Assembly: GCA_964016885.1 (NCBI GenBank)
Contig: OZ024747.1
Span: forward strand, 37,448,001 to 37,512,000
Direction: 5' to 3'
DNA length: 64,000 bases
Source: Eledone cirrhosa
Taxonomy: Eukaryota
Positions 1 to 12,906 of this stretch are shown piece after piece. Position numbers and translations under genes: made by a program. Position 1 is the stretch's first letter, and the number at the start of each line of letters is the position of its first letter. The notes under the pieces were generated by a model. The model had not been told where the DNA came from and did not search any database. It worked only from the letters and a program-made list of their open reading frames with translations.

Positions 1-542
1 ATATGCCTAATGAAGGAATCCTTATACTGATTGAGTTCCTAATTGAATTATAGTATATTTCACATTAATCTTCATAAAATTAATTATATTTCTACATTAA
101 ATTAATCTATAGTTTATATTTGTAATTCATGTAGCATCTTTTTTCTTTATTATTAAATTATGAATTCAAAATGTGAAATTGTTGAAAAACAAAACATCAA
201 ATAATTAGAAAAGTAATGTCTTCTGCATTACATTGTGACGGATTTATGAATATTCCTGATATAATCAGGTCACATATACACAGTACTTATTTCATAAAAT
301 CACTGAGAGATTTGAAACATTAGCTTCTAAACATTGTATGCCTTAAGTAACCAGTCCACTAGCAGGAGTTTGAGCTTTAGATTTCTCTTTGATAATGAAT
401 AATAGCACTGAAATCCTGACTCAGAAACACTATATCTAAGTTCAAACTATTGTAAAGTTTACTTATATAGGTTTTAGATACAAATTGGCCAAGTGGATAT
501 AGTATTACACTTCTGCACAGGGATTTTGTTGAGTACTATAGT

Positions 543-880
543 GAAGGCACATGGGTAAGTAGTTAGAGCATCGGGCTTGCAATCGGGAGACTGTGAATTT
601 GATTCTCGGACCAGATGATGTGTTGTGTCCTTGAACAAGACACTTTATTTCACATTGCTCCAATTCCCTCAGTTGTAGAAATGAGTTGCAATGTCACTGG
701 TGCCAAGCTGTATCAGTCATTGCTTTTCCTTTGGACAACTTCGGTGGCATGGAGAGGGGAGATTGGTATGCATAGGCTACTGCTGGTCTTCCATAAACAC
801 CTATGCCCAGACTTGTGTCTCAGGGGATAACTTTCTAGGTACAAATCCAATGGTTGTTCATGACTGAAGAGAGTTTTACT
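543..880 (+). mobile_element. Diverged tRNA-derived SINE (family A head)
   Basis: Head resembles the family-A copies (aggcacatgg..agttagagca..), followed by gtgttgtgtccttgaacaagacactttatttcac. The 3' body differs. Confidence 0.75.
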
Positions 881-1004
881 TTACTTTTTATAAGGAGAAT
901 AGGTAGCAAATTTGCAGAGTTTTTAGAACTTTTTAGAACTTTTGCAGAGTTTTTAGAACAGAGTTTATAGAATGCTTTACGGAACTCTTACTGGCTTATA
1001 TAAG

Positions 1005-1134
1005 TCTCACTATGAATGGATTAAGCTGTGATCATGTCACAGCTATCTCAGTAACCCCGGGTGAGAACAACAGACATGTGTTTGTGGATTTTTATGTCGT
1101 CAGTGACATTTACTCATTCAATACAAGGACAAGA
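1005..1134 (+). ncRNA. Candidate box H/ACA snoRNA-like RNA (copy A)
   Basis: Hairpin 1 TCTCAC/GTGAGA with upper stem AGCTGTGA/TCACAGCT; hinge ACAACA (ANANNA); hairpin 2 TGTGTT/AATACA with upper stem ATGTCG/TGACAT; ACA at 1129-1131; about 130 nt. G-U pairs favour the + strand. No target identified. Confidence 0.4.
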
Positions 1135-1250
1135 ATAAGCTATAGCTTATATACTTTTTGGATATAAAACATCTGCTGAATTAATTAGCAGTGGCACTAA
1201 CACAATGTGGTTCATAATAGGTGTATATGTAGGCATATATAATGCATTCT

Positions 1251-2801
1251 TAAGTCTTACTGCAAATGTGTTATGCTGTGATCATGCCACAGCTATCTCA
1301 GTGGGTGACTGCACATCACCTGTGAACTATCGTCCAGTCAGTCTTACTAGTTGCATCGCCAAACTGATGGAATCCTGTGTCAGAGAAACACTTTGGAACT
1401 TCTGGAGCTCTCACAATCTTATCCGGCCCTCGCAATTTGGATTTATCCCCAACTCCAGCTGCTGTGATCAACTTATAGAGTTTCTTGAGGACATCACCCG
1501 GATCACTGATGGCGGCTCATGGGTGGATGTTGTTTACCTTGACTTTGCGAAGGCCTTCAATTCTGTGCCACACAAAAGGCTTATGGCAAAACTCTCTGCA
1601 ATGGGTGTGAAGGATGATCTTTTTAACTGGTTGAAGTCCTTCATTCTCAGTCGAAGAGAGGTAGTCACGGTTCTGGGACAGCATTCCTCACCATATGAGA
1701 TGTCATCTGGTGTACCTCAGGGATCTGTTCTTGGCCCCCTTTTGTTTGTGGCATATATTAATGACATAGATGCCAACTTAAGGAATGCCACAGTACTAAA
1801 GTACGCAGACGACATCAAGCTGTACCTTGAGATAAAAAGGACAGATCCTGAACACTATAGATCTTGCTTGCAGTCTGACCTGGACACAATACAACAGTGG
1901 ATCTCAGACTGGCAACTCAAGCTAGCTGTGGACAAGTGCACCACCATGCATTTTGGGAGTAAAAACCCAGCGTCCACATACTCCCTCCACAGCACTAATA
2001 TCAAGAAGTCTTCCTGTGAACGTGACCTGGGCATTACGGTCAGCAGCGATTTGCGTTGGACGAGGCACGTCTCTAAAATTGTCAAGAGGGCCGAGGGTGT
2101 CTTAGCATCACTCAGCAAGACCTTTGTCAGCCGCTCTCCAGATATCTATTTAAGGCTGTATACAGCTATGGTGCGACCACACTTAGAATTTGCATCACCA
2201 GTCTGGAACCCCTATCTTGCTCAGGACATTGACCGCCTGGAAACTGTTCAGAGACGTGCAACCAAGCGAATACCCTCCATCAGGCATCTACCATACTCTG
2301 AGCGCCTTGCTTCCCTGGGCATGGATTCATTGAAGCTCCGACGCCTGGCAACTGACTTGGTAAACACCCACAAAATTGTTAACCATGTTGCCAACAACAA
2401 CCCTGAGTGCCTTTTCGATTTCCATGTGTCTAACACACGTGGACATGCCCACAAAGTAAGAAAACAGCACTGTTCCCATGACTTTCGGAAACATTTTTTC
2501 ACGCTCAGAGTTGCTGAAGCATGGAACAGGCTGCCTGCGTCAGTTGTTGGCTGTCGAGACACTGCATCCTTTAAGGCCTCCATGCTTCCCGAGATCCGCC
2601 AACACTACAGCTAACACATACACACATGTACTTCCCTGACATTTGTGTATTATTCTATGTACTATATTGACGAGTTGTAGTGCACCTGAGCACTTTACAC
2701 AATAATTTCATTATTATTATCATTATTTAACACCAAACACAGGTGTTTGTGGATCTTTATTTATCATCAGTGAGGCTTACTCATTTGGTGCTTAGACAAA
2801 A
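1251..2801 (+). pseudogene. Second copy of the H/ACA-like unit (1251-1302 plus about 2729-2801), split by the CR1-like LINE
   Basis: gctgtgatcatgccacagctatctcagt before the LINE and gtgtttgtggat..cagtga..ttactcatt..gACA after it match copy A collinearly. Confidence 0.55.
1303..2727 (+). mobile_element. 5'-truncated CR1-like LINE, RT and C-terminal region open to the stop at 2614
   Basis: NYRPVSLT, QFGF, YLDFAKAF, GVPQGSVLGP, YADD, ERDLG, VRPHLEFA, TRGH and WNRLP motifs; short 3' UTR; (TTA)n tail. Confidence 0.93.
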
Positions 2802-2947
2802 GAGGTTAGATTAGTCATAGGGGAAAAACATTTGATCAAAAGTCTAATTGAACTTGGGTTAAACATTAAAAAAAACCCAAAAGAAATAGGACCTGATAAT
2901 CTATAAATAAATGATAACAATAAGAAAGACAATAAATATTTACTTAC

Positions 2948-3038
2948 AAGCCAGAGCATCTTCGATGAGAGTAACATTTGCAAAATGAGCAGTGTTAGGG
3001 ATCCCAAGACATCGCATACCATGAGCATGTCTCCATTC
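2948..3038 (-). CDS. SF3A3: SF3A3 internal exon, 91 nt (not in the ORF track)
   Basis: Reverse complement reads [30 protein letters not shown], the conserved continuation after QRHFA. Acceptor ttgcag, donor gtaagt. Confidence 0.96.
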
Positions 3039-3348
3039 CTGCAAGTAAAAGAACAAACAGCTGTATGACTGCATAATATGTGTGTGTGAATGTGCGTAAG
3101 TATGTGTGTGTTTGTGAGTATGTATATGAGTAAATGTGTATATCGACTCCAGTAGTTGACTGGCTATATTCTAGTATGCCACACCTACATGGACACTTTA
3201 CTTGACTGCTACTTTTTTATCTACCTCGAAAGGATGAAAGGCAAAGTTGACCTCGGTGGGATTTGATCTCAGAGCGCAAAGAGCCAGAATGAATAATGCA
3301 AAGCATTCGATCTACTGTTCTAATGACTCTGTCAATTCGTCGCCTGTG

Positions 3349-3379
<31 letters not shown>

Positions 3380-3388
3380 AATACATGC

Positions 3389-3425
<37 letters not shown>

Positions 3426-4056
3426 AACAAATATATACACGCAAATACATGCATATAGATATATATATATATATATATATATTAGAGAGAGAGATGTGAG
3501 GGAGAAATTCGATGTAGATTCTTTTGATTTTCTTCTTATAGATAAGTATTTGTTGGGGAAAAAAACTCTAAAAACTTCAACTCTCTAGAATTGAGAGATA
3601 AAATAAGAATCCTGAAATAGAATCAATTCTTGCAATGAAATGAAAAGTAAAACACAAAATACACACACAGATACATACACAGATGCATAGAGATACTTAC
3701 ACACACACACAGATACATATACACACATAGATACATACACAGATGCATAGAGATACTTATACACACAGATACATATACACACATAGATACATACACAGAT
3801 GCATAGAGATACTTACACACACAGATACATACACACAGACATATATACATATACACAGATACACACACACACACAGATAGATACATACAGACACACAGAC
3901 AGAAATACGCACACACATAGATACTCACACAGATAGATATATACACACACAGAGATACACATACACAGATAGATACACACACACACACATATAGATATAC
4001 ACACACAGATACATACACCCACAGGCAGAAATAGATGCATACACACATACAACACA
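3349..4056. repeat. Compound (TA)n/(CA)n microsatellite and degenerate ~38-40 bp minisatellite
   Basis: Repeated agatacatacacagatgcatagagatacttac units among CA/TA runs. Confidence 0.9.
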
Positions 4057-5039
4057 TTTATAAAATAATTAAGTGAAAACCATAGTAACATCAAAGTACT
4101 TAGAAGATGAAGGGAATCTTCAAAAGGAAACAAAAAGTCTTCAGCATTAACTTCCTTATTTTTACATGTCTTAGAATGTCTATGTACAATATGAGTATGT
4201 ACACATCCATATACAAACATTTGTATATTTCTATGTAGTCACGTATATGCTTATATATGTACATATGCATGCAATTAGGTGCGCATATGTATATGAGTGT
4301 CTTTCACTAGTGTTAGCGATTTACACGATAAATGCATCCAGTGCACTCATAATGAAAAGAAGGGCATCCAACCCTAAACCCTAGAAAACCTGACAAACAA
4401 AGGGGTGGGATGACTGAGGTTTTGTCAAAGATGTAATAACCTCAATAGTGTTGGTGATCTTCACTATAAATGCACTCAGTACACTCTATAAACTGAACCT
4501 TACTAGTGTTGGTGATCTACTACATCATAAATGCACCCGGTACCCTCTATAAAGTGGTTGTGAATAGGAAAGGTATCCAGCTGTGGAAAACCTGCCAAAC
4601 AAAAAGATTGGCAGGACTCTTCAACTGTCTCAAAGACATGACAACCTGCATAGTGCTAGTGCCATGATAAAATGTACTCAGTTAAGTGTGGAAACATTTT
4701 TCAAGTCAGATGCTGTTCCCCAGGTGCCCAAGCACTTGATAAAATTGCAGGAACAGAAGTACATGAGATGCAGATTTCTAGACCACCTGAAAGGTCATTA
4801 GCTCTGCTTTAATACTGACACAGTCTGTGACAACCTCTCCAATCCTTGCTGGAAAGGAAACCAGAGGTTAAATGATGGTGAGATATATATATATGGGAAA
4901 TGAAATTTCCTTTCATTTTTTCCGTTTATCGTTTTCGGTGCACCCGGCCGATTAACCCACTCGATATGTAAATTTGGCTACTCAGCCGTTAATATGCATA
5001 AGGTAAGTATATACGTTCAACAATCTGGCAGGAAGGTAT

Positions 5040-5082
5040 ACGTTGCTGACGATAGCTAATAAGCTTGAAACTAGTACAGCGT
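5040..5082 (+). ncRNA. Type I minimal hammerhead ribozyme (monomer 1)
   Basis: ACGTTG-CTGACGA-t AGCT aata AGCT t-GAAA-CTAG-TA-CAGCGT. Core intact, palindromic stem III ACTAGT, predicted cleavage after GUA at 5076. Confidence 0.88.
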
Positions 5083-5455
5083 TCCTTTGTCAGTGTTGAA
5101 CAAACGAGCAACGATGGTTGCTAGACACTACGGCTTAATACGGGATGTTTGTTTACAAACACACCGAACATTATAATAAATGTTCGGTGAATCCATACAT
5201 ATATATATGTGTGCATGTATGTATATATATATACATACTACTGTACGTCTGTATACATATATGTATGTACGTATACATACTTATATTTAAGTAACAGCCG
5301 TACTAAGAGTGGGAAATGAAATTTCGTTTAATTTTTTCCGTTTATCGTTTTCGGTGCACCCGGCCGATTAACCCACTCGATATGTAAATTTGGCTACTCA
5401 GCCGTTAATATGCATAAAGTAAGTATATACGTTCAACAATCTGGCAGGAAGGTAT

Positions 5456-5498
5456 ACGTTGCTGACGATAGCTAATAAGCTTGAAACTAGTACAGCGT
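5456..5498 (+). ncRNA. Type I minimal hammerhead ribozyme (monomer 2)
   Basis: Identical to 5040-5082, offset by 416 nt; predicted cleavage after 5492. Confidence 0.88.
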
Positions 5499-5850
5499 TC
5501 CTTTGTCAGTGTTGAACAAACGAGCAACGATGGTTGCTAGACACTACAGCTTAATACGGGATGTTTGTTTACAAACCCACCGAGCATTATAATAAATGTT
5601 TGATGAATCCATACGTACATATATATATGTGTGGATGTATGTATATATATATACATACTACTGTACGTCTGTATACATATATGTATGTACGTGTACATAC
5701 TTATATTTAAGTAACAGCCGTACTAAGAGTGGGAAATGAAATTTCGTTTAATTTTTTCCGTTTATATATATATATGTATATTAGAAAGTGAGGTTTTTTT
5801 TACAAAATGAAAAATAACCGAGGTGTCCTACATGAGTGAAAGTATAACGA

Positions 5851-6092
5851 AAAAAAGATGAAATCGAATGCAACTGGAGTCTTATTTAAAAAAAATATAT
5901 ATATATTTATTTGGTTCCTTTACCGGTTTCGCTGTGGGTTTTCTCACAGATGTGAGAAAAACCACAGACCCTCCATCTCAACTCTACTTTTGAAAAGCAG
6001 AAGAACTGTGAAACCAGTAAAGGAACCAAATAAATATATATATATTTTTTTTAAATAAGACTCCAGTTGCATTTTCGATTTCATCTTTTTTT
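5851..6092. repeat. Foldback element with ~80-bp inverted arms and a decayed hammerhead core
   Basis: Arms aaaaaagatgaaatcgaatgcaactggagtcttattt...cctttaccggtttc and gaaaccagtaaagg...aaataagactccagttgcattttcgatttcatcttttt; inner hairpin ttttctcaca/tgtgagaaaa. Confidence 0.85.
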
Positions 6093-6916
6093 CTTTATAT
6101 ATATATATATATATTATATATATATATATATATTCCATGTGTATTTTGGTTTTTAGAATAGAATAGATACGACATACATATATACATACAGATTTGATGT
6201 TGAGAGTTCAAAGAATTCTGTTCATTTACAAGTGTTTCTCATCAATGAGCTAACAGGTCATAAACACACAGCTAGATAATGTGTGAGGTATGTGTTAATT
6301 GGGAGACAGACCATGAAAAATAAGAAGTTGAAGTCAAACTACCTGTTACATTGTTTAGTGTATTGATTTGAAGGTCAAACCCATTTAATGTCTACACAGC
6401 CACATATGTGTGTATGGACCCATAATTCCTGATGGAGTAATAGGAGTGACATACAGCATTTCTTGGGCATTTTAAACCTAGCAGAGCCCATCTCCTCTCC
6501 AGGTCTGAACAGCTGATTTCTTCCATGGAGAGAGAGAGAGAGTTGATCCCAGTCCTTGGCTTGTACTGTTTTTATCAACCTCGAAATGTCCTTCAAGAGG
6601 GTATTTATACTGGCCTGTATTCTCCTTTCCAACATGGCTCTTTTTTTTAGTCTCCCTTATTGTTTTTCATTGCCTTGACATCTACACCCATATTTTCAGT
6701 TACAACAATGCTTGCTGACTTTATCAGGTCATTTGTTTCTGTGATATTATTTGTTTTGATGTATTTCAGAACTTCTTTAACCTTATGTTTCTTTGTTCAG
6801 CTTGCATTGGTCAACCTTCTTTAGGTTGCAAATAAGATTCCTATTGTCCTCCTGCTATCTTGCCTTTATTCAGTCATACATTGCCTTCTGTTCACCTGTC
6901 ATGCTTTCATTAATTT

Positions 6917-7103
6917 CCGGTGGATTGGCAGTATCGGTAGAGGGTCGGACGCCATGCTTTCCAGCATAGTTACGTCCCTTTATGATCTGAGTTCAAATCC
7001 CGCCGAGGTTGACTTTGCCTTTCATCCTTACGGGGTCGATAAAATAAAGTACCAGTAATGCACTGGGTAATTGCTGGCCTTGTGCCTAAAGTAGAAACAA
7101 TTA
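6917..7103 (+). mobile_element. SINE family B. Other copies: about 3215-3345(-), 8510-8710(-), 8737-8958(-), 42540-42726(-), 47786-47973(-), 50174-50364(-), 54820-55005(+), 58862-59078(+)
   Basis: A-box-like TGGCAGTATCGG, B-box GTTCAAATC, central gcctttcatcct..gtcgataaaataaagtaccag block (recalls the MetaSINE domain, from memory), agaaacaatta tail. Confidence 0.85.
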
Positions 7104-7257
7104 ATTTCATTATCTGCCATACCATCTACATTTCACTCCCCAGATAGTCCATCTCTGTCCTGTTTCTGTGGGTTACCAGAAATTTCTTCACCCTTGTCTT
7201 CTGCTATAGTTTCCATTTCCTCAGTAAGACCATCATCTTCACCATTTCTTTCATTGC

Positions 7258-7294
<37 letters not shown>

Positions 7295-10200
7295 TTTATT
7301 ATGGAAGTTGGATTGAAGTTATTCTTCAGAATTTATACTTACACTATGTTTTGATCAGTATATTCTTTTCACTTGTCTGGACAATGAATAAACCAACAAT
7401 CCTGAAGTGTGTTACACAGTTTCAACACATGTACCTCTACAATGAGTTTAACAGTTTGACCAAACTATAATTCTCAAGTAATAACTCATTTCAGTAATAG
7501 AAAAATTCCATTTCACTGTTGAGCATTAGCAGTAAGAAAAGCCATCCAGCTGTAAAAATACTTTACTCAAGCAATTTGTATATTAATATCTAAATCTGTA
7601 GAAGTCTCTTAGCATAGAAAAATGTACAGAGAGCCATTAAGAAAAGAAATCTGATGCTGTAGAATGCATGTGCATATTTGAAACAAGATACCTTTCTTTC
7701 CTTCTTCATCTGAGAGGTCCATAGCACCAATTAAATATTTAATTGACTGGTGACCACCTGTCCAACACTTGCTAGCAGGGAAAAGCAAATGTTAAATGAT
7801 GATGAAAGTTAGATTACTGATTTATTTCTTAGGCATAAAGCCATATTGTACATGATTATGCACATCAAATATTCTGCCGGTACTTATCTTGTTAATACCC
7901 AGAGGAATAAAATTCAAAATTTAGCCATGGAGGTGATTTGAACTCAGAACTGTGATGGATGAAACTAAAGAAATGTTGTGAAAGATTTTGGTTTGGTATT
8001 CTACCATCTCAACTATATCAACGTCTATAATAATGATATTATTTTAAATATAATTACAGCATTATAAAATTTCTAACATAATTACATAATTATAACATTA
8101 TAACAACTGCCAGTTGTGACCAGAAGATAGTATCAGCAATGGAAAGATCAATGGAAACTTTCCTTGGTTCGATTTGATGAGTTCCATCCCCACTCGGTAA
8201 GTGAATGAGGTCTCAGATCTTGTCGATCAAGAGAGAGAAAGAGAAATAACATTTTATCAATTTAATATCAATAAGAGCAGAATCAGTTAAATTGAACTGA
8301 GTACATTTCCTGAAATTCCTTTATCGACTTCCACAGAAAGAAATGGTTAGTTTTAAAACTATTCAAAAACAACAACAAAAAAAAACCCTTGCCAGTTGTA
8401 AATACAGAAAATAGAACAAAATTAAGGGTTGAATGGTATTTAGTCACAATAACAATGATAATTTCTGTGTTACCAGTTTCTGTATTGTTTTGTAAACTAA
8501 TAATGATTTCTAACCTATGCAGAAGGCCTGCAATTTGTAGGGAGGGAACATTTGATTAAATCAACCTCAGTATTTGACTGGTTATTTATTTTATTGAACC
8601 TGGAGAGATGACAAAGTTGACCATGGCAAGATTTAAACTCAGATTGTAAAGTGCAGGAACAATTGTTGGAAAGCATTTCATCTGATGCTCTAGTGATTCT
8701 ACCAATCCACCACCCTAACTTCACTAGCACAATGATAATGGTTTCTCATTTAGGCACAAGGCCAGCAATTTGAAGGAAAGGGGAAAGTCGATTAAATTGA
8801 CCCCAGTACATTACTGGTACTTTATTTTATCTAACCACATAAAAATGACATGCAAAGCTAGCCTCAGCAGGATTTGAACTCAGAATGTAAAGGGACGTAA
8901 CTACATGTCACAAGGCTTGTTGTCCGACACTCTACCGATTCTCCCAATCCACCACCCTAATAATAATAATAATAATTATAGTAAGAATAACAATTATTTC
9001 TATGTTATCCTAACATAACATGAAATAACTGTTCAGTTAAATATATATCTTATGTCCTTTGGAAAATATCAGATAGATGTTACTTCATGGTGCCAACAAA
9101 CAGCAGATAGTGTGGGAGATGCATTGAAAAAGCCAGTCCACCTTGATTGCAGTTTGTAGGGAGGTGGTTTGGGAAATCAGGATGTCTAATGTGCCCAATG
9201 CTGTGTTGCTGTTGTTACAGCTCTCACACCTATGTAAATTTAACTGGCTTCTTACAAGATTACAGCTCATAGGAGGTCTCTAGGGTTTCAGTTGTATTAG
9301 TTCTCTGCTATGGGTTCAATGATAAACCTATCAGAGAGCAGATAGTAGTTAGCTTTATATCTTACATTGGAAGGGAGCTAGATATTTGTGTAGGAGGAGT
9401 AACTTCAATTCAGTTTACTGGTACTCAGACCCTAGAAGGATAAATGCCTAAACCAAGCAATGCGATTTAAACTGGTCCAGTGCATCTCCAATTCTATATG
9501 CCAATACATACAAACCACATACACATAGAAAGTGCATGTATGATAACTACAAAGTAAATGCAGGTATGCTTAAATATCCTTGCGATCACAATAGTTATAG
9601 AAATCTTAATTAACTTCCTGCAGTTATTCCACCGAAAGACCATAAGACCCTTTTGCTTTCTTTTTCAATTTCCAAATGCTACATATAATGCCAAAGTAAG
9701 AAATAAGAAAAAAAAAAAAAAAATTAGTCCCTAGAGAGTAAACACAAAATTCCCTTCCAAACCTCAAGGCTTAATTGAAACATTGAATAGCATTAATGAA
9801 TAATATCCCCTAAAATCTCTTCTATTATCTTCATGACAGATGAAGGAAATCTGATTCTGGATTTGACATTTTCTTTTCATTGCTATTGGTGGTGGTTCTT
9901 TTCTGCACTTTCCCTATAATTTTCATTGTTGTTAGCAAAAAGGTCTCGAAGCAGTGATTAATTAATTTAGAGATAGAATATAATCTTCCTTAGCATTACA
10001 TTGGCAAATTTTAAGAAATCTTATTTAAGCTTTCAATTTCATTCAACAATTCCAAGTTTGTTGTTAGTTCTTTATTCATACTATAGAATTAAAAACAAAA
10101 CAAAATAATAAAACACAGGGCTCATTTTAGATATATTCTTTAGATGTATGTTTTCTAATAGTTTATCTTTTCATTGATTCTTTTCTCACTTTGAATTTTC

Positions 10201-12077
10201 ATAATATGCACTTTGCCACATTTTCTGAACATTTTTAATTGTGCTGAATAGAGTTCAATAAATGAACAAATATCTTGTTTTTAATGATGAAGCATCTTTT
10301 AAATATTTACATCTAAGCTACAATCAAAACTATGAATATTTATATATTGTTCACACTTGCAAGAATTAGACTGCTGGTGATGATTTGAGATCAAACTGAT
10401 GAAAACATAGGGCAGATGTAACTATTAAAAAATATTTATCTCTAAAGCTATGATTAATAACCTGAAAAATCATAATCTTATCAAAAAAGTAATTAAGTGA
10501 ACATGTTTTATTGAATATTCATGAACAAAGAGGCATGGGTGAGTTATGAGAAAAAATAGACAAAAGAGTAATAAAAATGTAGTGCAAAAATGCTTTAGTA
10601 CAAATATGTAATGTATATGGATGATAAGTTGGATAAAGTTAAATCACTCCAAGTTCTTGATTATTTTCAAAATGATTTTAAAATCATAGGCTATCTTTCA
10701 TTAGAAATATAGTAACAAAGGAGTTAACATGTTTATATTTATAAAAAAACCTTCCATTTTATGTAAGGATCTTTAAAGTATGCTCTAAGCACCAGCTTAA
10801 TGAGAAAGTAAGTTATATTACTAAATCTCTCCAAGTTGCAGACTATTTTCAAAATCGATTGAAAATCATAGGCAGTGTCTGTCTTTAGTAATATGGGAAA
10901 GAATGGGGGAAAACATTGTGTGAGAAGAGAAATTATTAAGTTTCAGATAATTACAGCTACTAGATGTAGTTTTATAATGTTCTGTGCATGTTTGACAATG
11001 TGTGAGTTTCAGCATCCTCATCGTCATCAACATTTAACATCTGCTTTCTCTGCTAGCAAGGGTTGGCCAGGTTGTCAAGACACTGGATTAGTACTCAATC
11101 AGTGTGAGACTCCTTAGATAGGCTAGAGGTCTGCATCTCACTTACATATGGTCCTAGAGTCTGTAGAGGGCTCACATGGGTCATCATCATCATCATCATC
11201 ATTTCATTTTACGTCCGCTTTTTCCCTGCTTGCAAGGGTCAGTGGTCTGCAACTCATCCACATACCATCCTGTGCTCCACTGGGTGCATTTTATTGTGAC
11301 ACAAACACTAAGGAGGTTACCATGGCCTTGACTCAGCTGAAGAGTCCTCCTGACCCTTTGGTTAGCAGGTTTTTCTACAGTGGCATGCCCTTCCTATCCC
11401 TAACCATTCTATAAAGTGTACTGAGTGTGTTTATCATGTAAATACCAACACTAGGGAGCTTGACATGACTTTGACATAGCTGAAGAGTCCTACCAACGTT
11501 TTGCCTCCTGGTAAGCCCTCCATGGCCAGATGCCCTCCACACCACCAAGCACCTCACAGAGTGCACTGGGTGTATTTTTCCTGCAAATCACCAACACTAG
11601 AGAGATTCTTATGTCTCTAACAGTGCTGAACACTCCTCCAGATCCTTTGACCAGCAAGAGTGCTATGTTTAGATGTCCCCCATCCCCACCACCAACACCT
11701 TCACAGAGCACTCACCAACACAAAGAAAGTTATGTCACTGACAGAGTTGAAGAGTCCTCCTGATATTTTGGCCAGCAAGAGTTCTAGGGCAAGATGTCCC
11801 CATCCCCATCATCAACCACCTTCTAGATGGCACTAGAAGTATTTATTGTGTAGCTCTGAATGCTTTTTTTTTTATTTTCAAAGAATCATTAAGTATATTG
11901 TTGATATGAGTAATAGAGAATGACATTGATCGATTACCAATTTATTGATGCCACACACATTCTATTTTATCTTATGAGTAAATAAAAGAAACATTATCAT
12001 TTTGGTTCCAATGATTTTCTGAGTAACATTTAATAAGCTGTGAACGCAATTGATATATATATATATATATTAATATG

Positions 12078-12461
12078 TGAAGGCGCATGGCTTAGTGGTT
12101 AGAGCATTGGGGTTGCAATTGAAAGCTTGTGAGTTCAATTATCAGACCGGGTGATGTGTTGTTTCCTTGAGCAAGACACTTTATTTCACATTACTCCAGT
12201 TTACTCAGCTGTAGAAATGAGATGATAGGACTGGAGGCCCTATCAATCCACTACAAAGTGGTCATGGAGGTGCCACAGCAAAAAAGCACCCAGCCCACAC
12301 TGTAAAGTGGACGTGTAGGCGCCATGGAAAAAAAGCACCCAGCACTCACTGTAAATGAGGAAGGGCATCCAGCTGTAGAAATCAAGCCAGAATCATCATC
12401 ATCATCATGTCCCACCCTTGCAAGCAGGGAAAAGCGGACATAAAATGATGATGATGATGAT
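12078..12461 (+). mobile_element. SINE family A (tRNA head, CORE-like block, RTE 3' tail)
   Basis: A box TGGCTTAGTGG, B box GTTCAATT, ccttgagcaagacactt block, aagggcatccagctgtagaaa..ggacataaaa(tga)n tail. Confidence 0.85.
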
Positions 12462-12867
12462 ATACGACGGTAAGTAAAAAATGATTTGCACTTTCACCAT
12501 AACATATCTTTAGGTTTGCCACGCTGCCTTCTGCTCATGGAATTATTGTGGTCATGTGATTGAAGTTTGAGCTTGATCACGCCAAGTTGGATGGGGTGGG
12601 TATTAAACCACATTATTGCCTAGAATGATATACAAATAAATCCTAAGAATCCATCTCCAACATCACAATATCTTGATGAATTGTCAAAGATACTGACCTC
12701 TCCCTAAGTCCGCCATGAACTTACAATTCATACCTTTCTAGCAAAACATACAATAGATAAAGGAACCAAACAAAGAGAAATACACACCCACACAAATAAA
12801 GAAAGAACAGTAAGTAAATTGAATAGAATTTCACAATAATTTATAAACCCCTTTTCATAAATATATG

Positions 12868-12906
<39 letters not shown>

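Larger units (their letters stand above)
4895..5765 (+). mobile_element. Tandem retrozyme-like repeat: two monomers (416 and 420 bp) plus a partial third, one hammerhead per full monomer
   Basis: Units start with gggaaatgaaatttc at 4895, 5311 and 5731 and are near-identical. (TA)n on both sides; non-coding; many internal hairpins. Confidence 0.88.

Noticed and set aside
1-50. CTAATGA-aggaa..ttcct as a decayed hammerhead
   Set aside because: Lacks GAAA and is cut by the window edge.
1090-1110. CTGACGA (and CTGATGA at 2764-2770) on the - strand as a hammerhead core or C box
   Set aside because: No stem II-GAAA follows and there is no terminal D box; pairing works better on the + strand.
1205-1302. 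N-terminus of the 469-aa ORF
   Set aside because: Chance read-through from flanking DNA; LINE homology starts at about 1303.
4895-5765. CRISPR array or plain satellite
   Set aside because: Eukaryotic context, whole 416-bp units repeat with no spacers, and a ribozyme core explains the structure.
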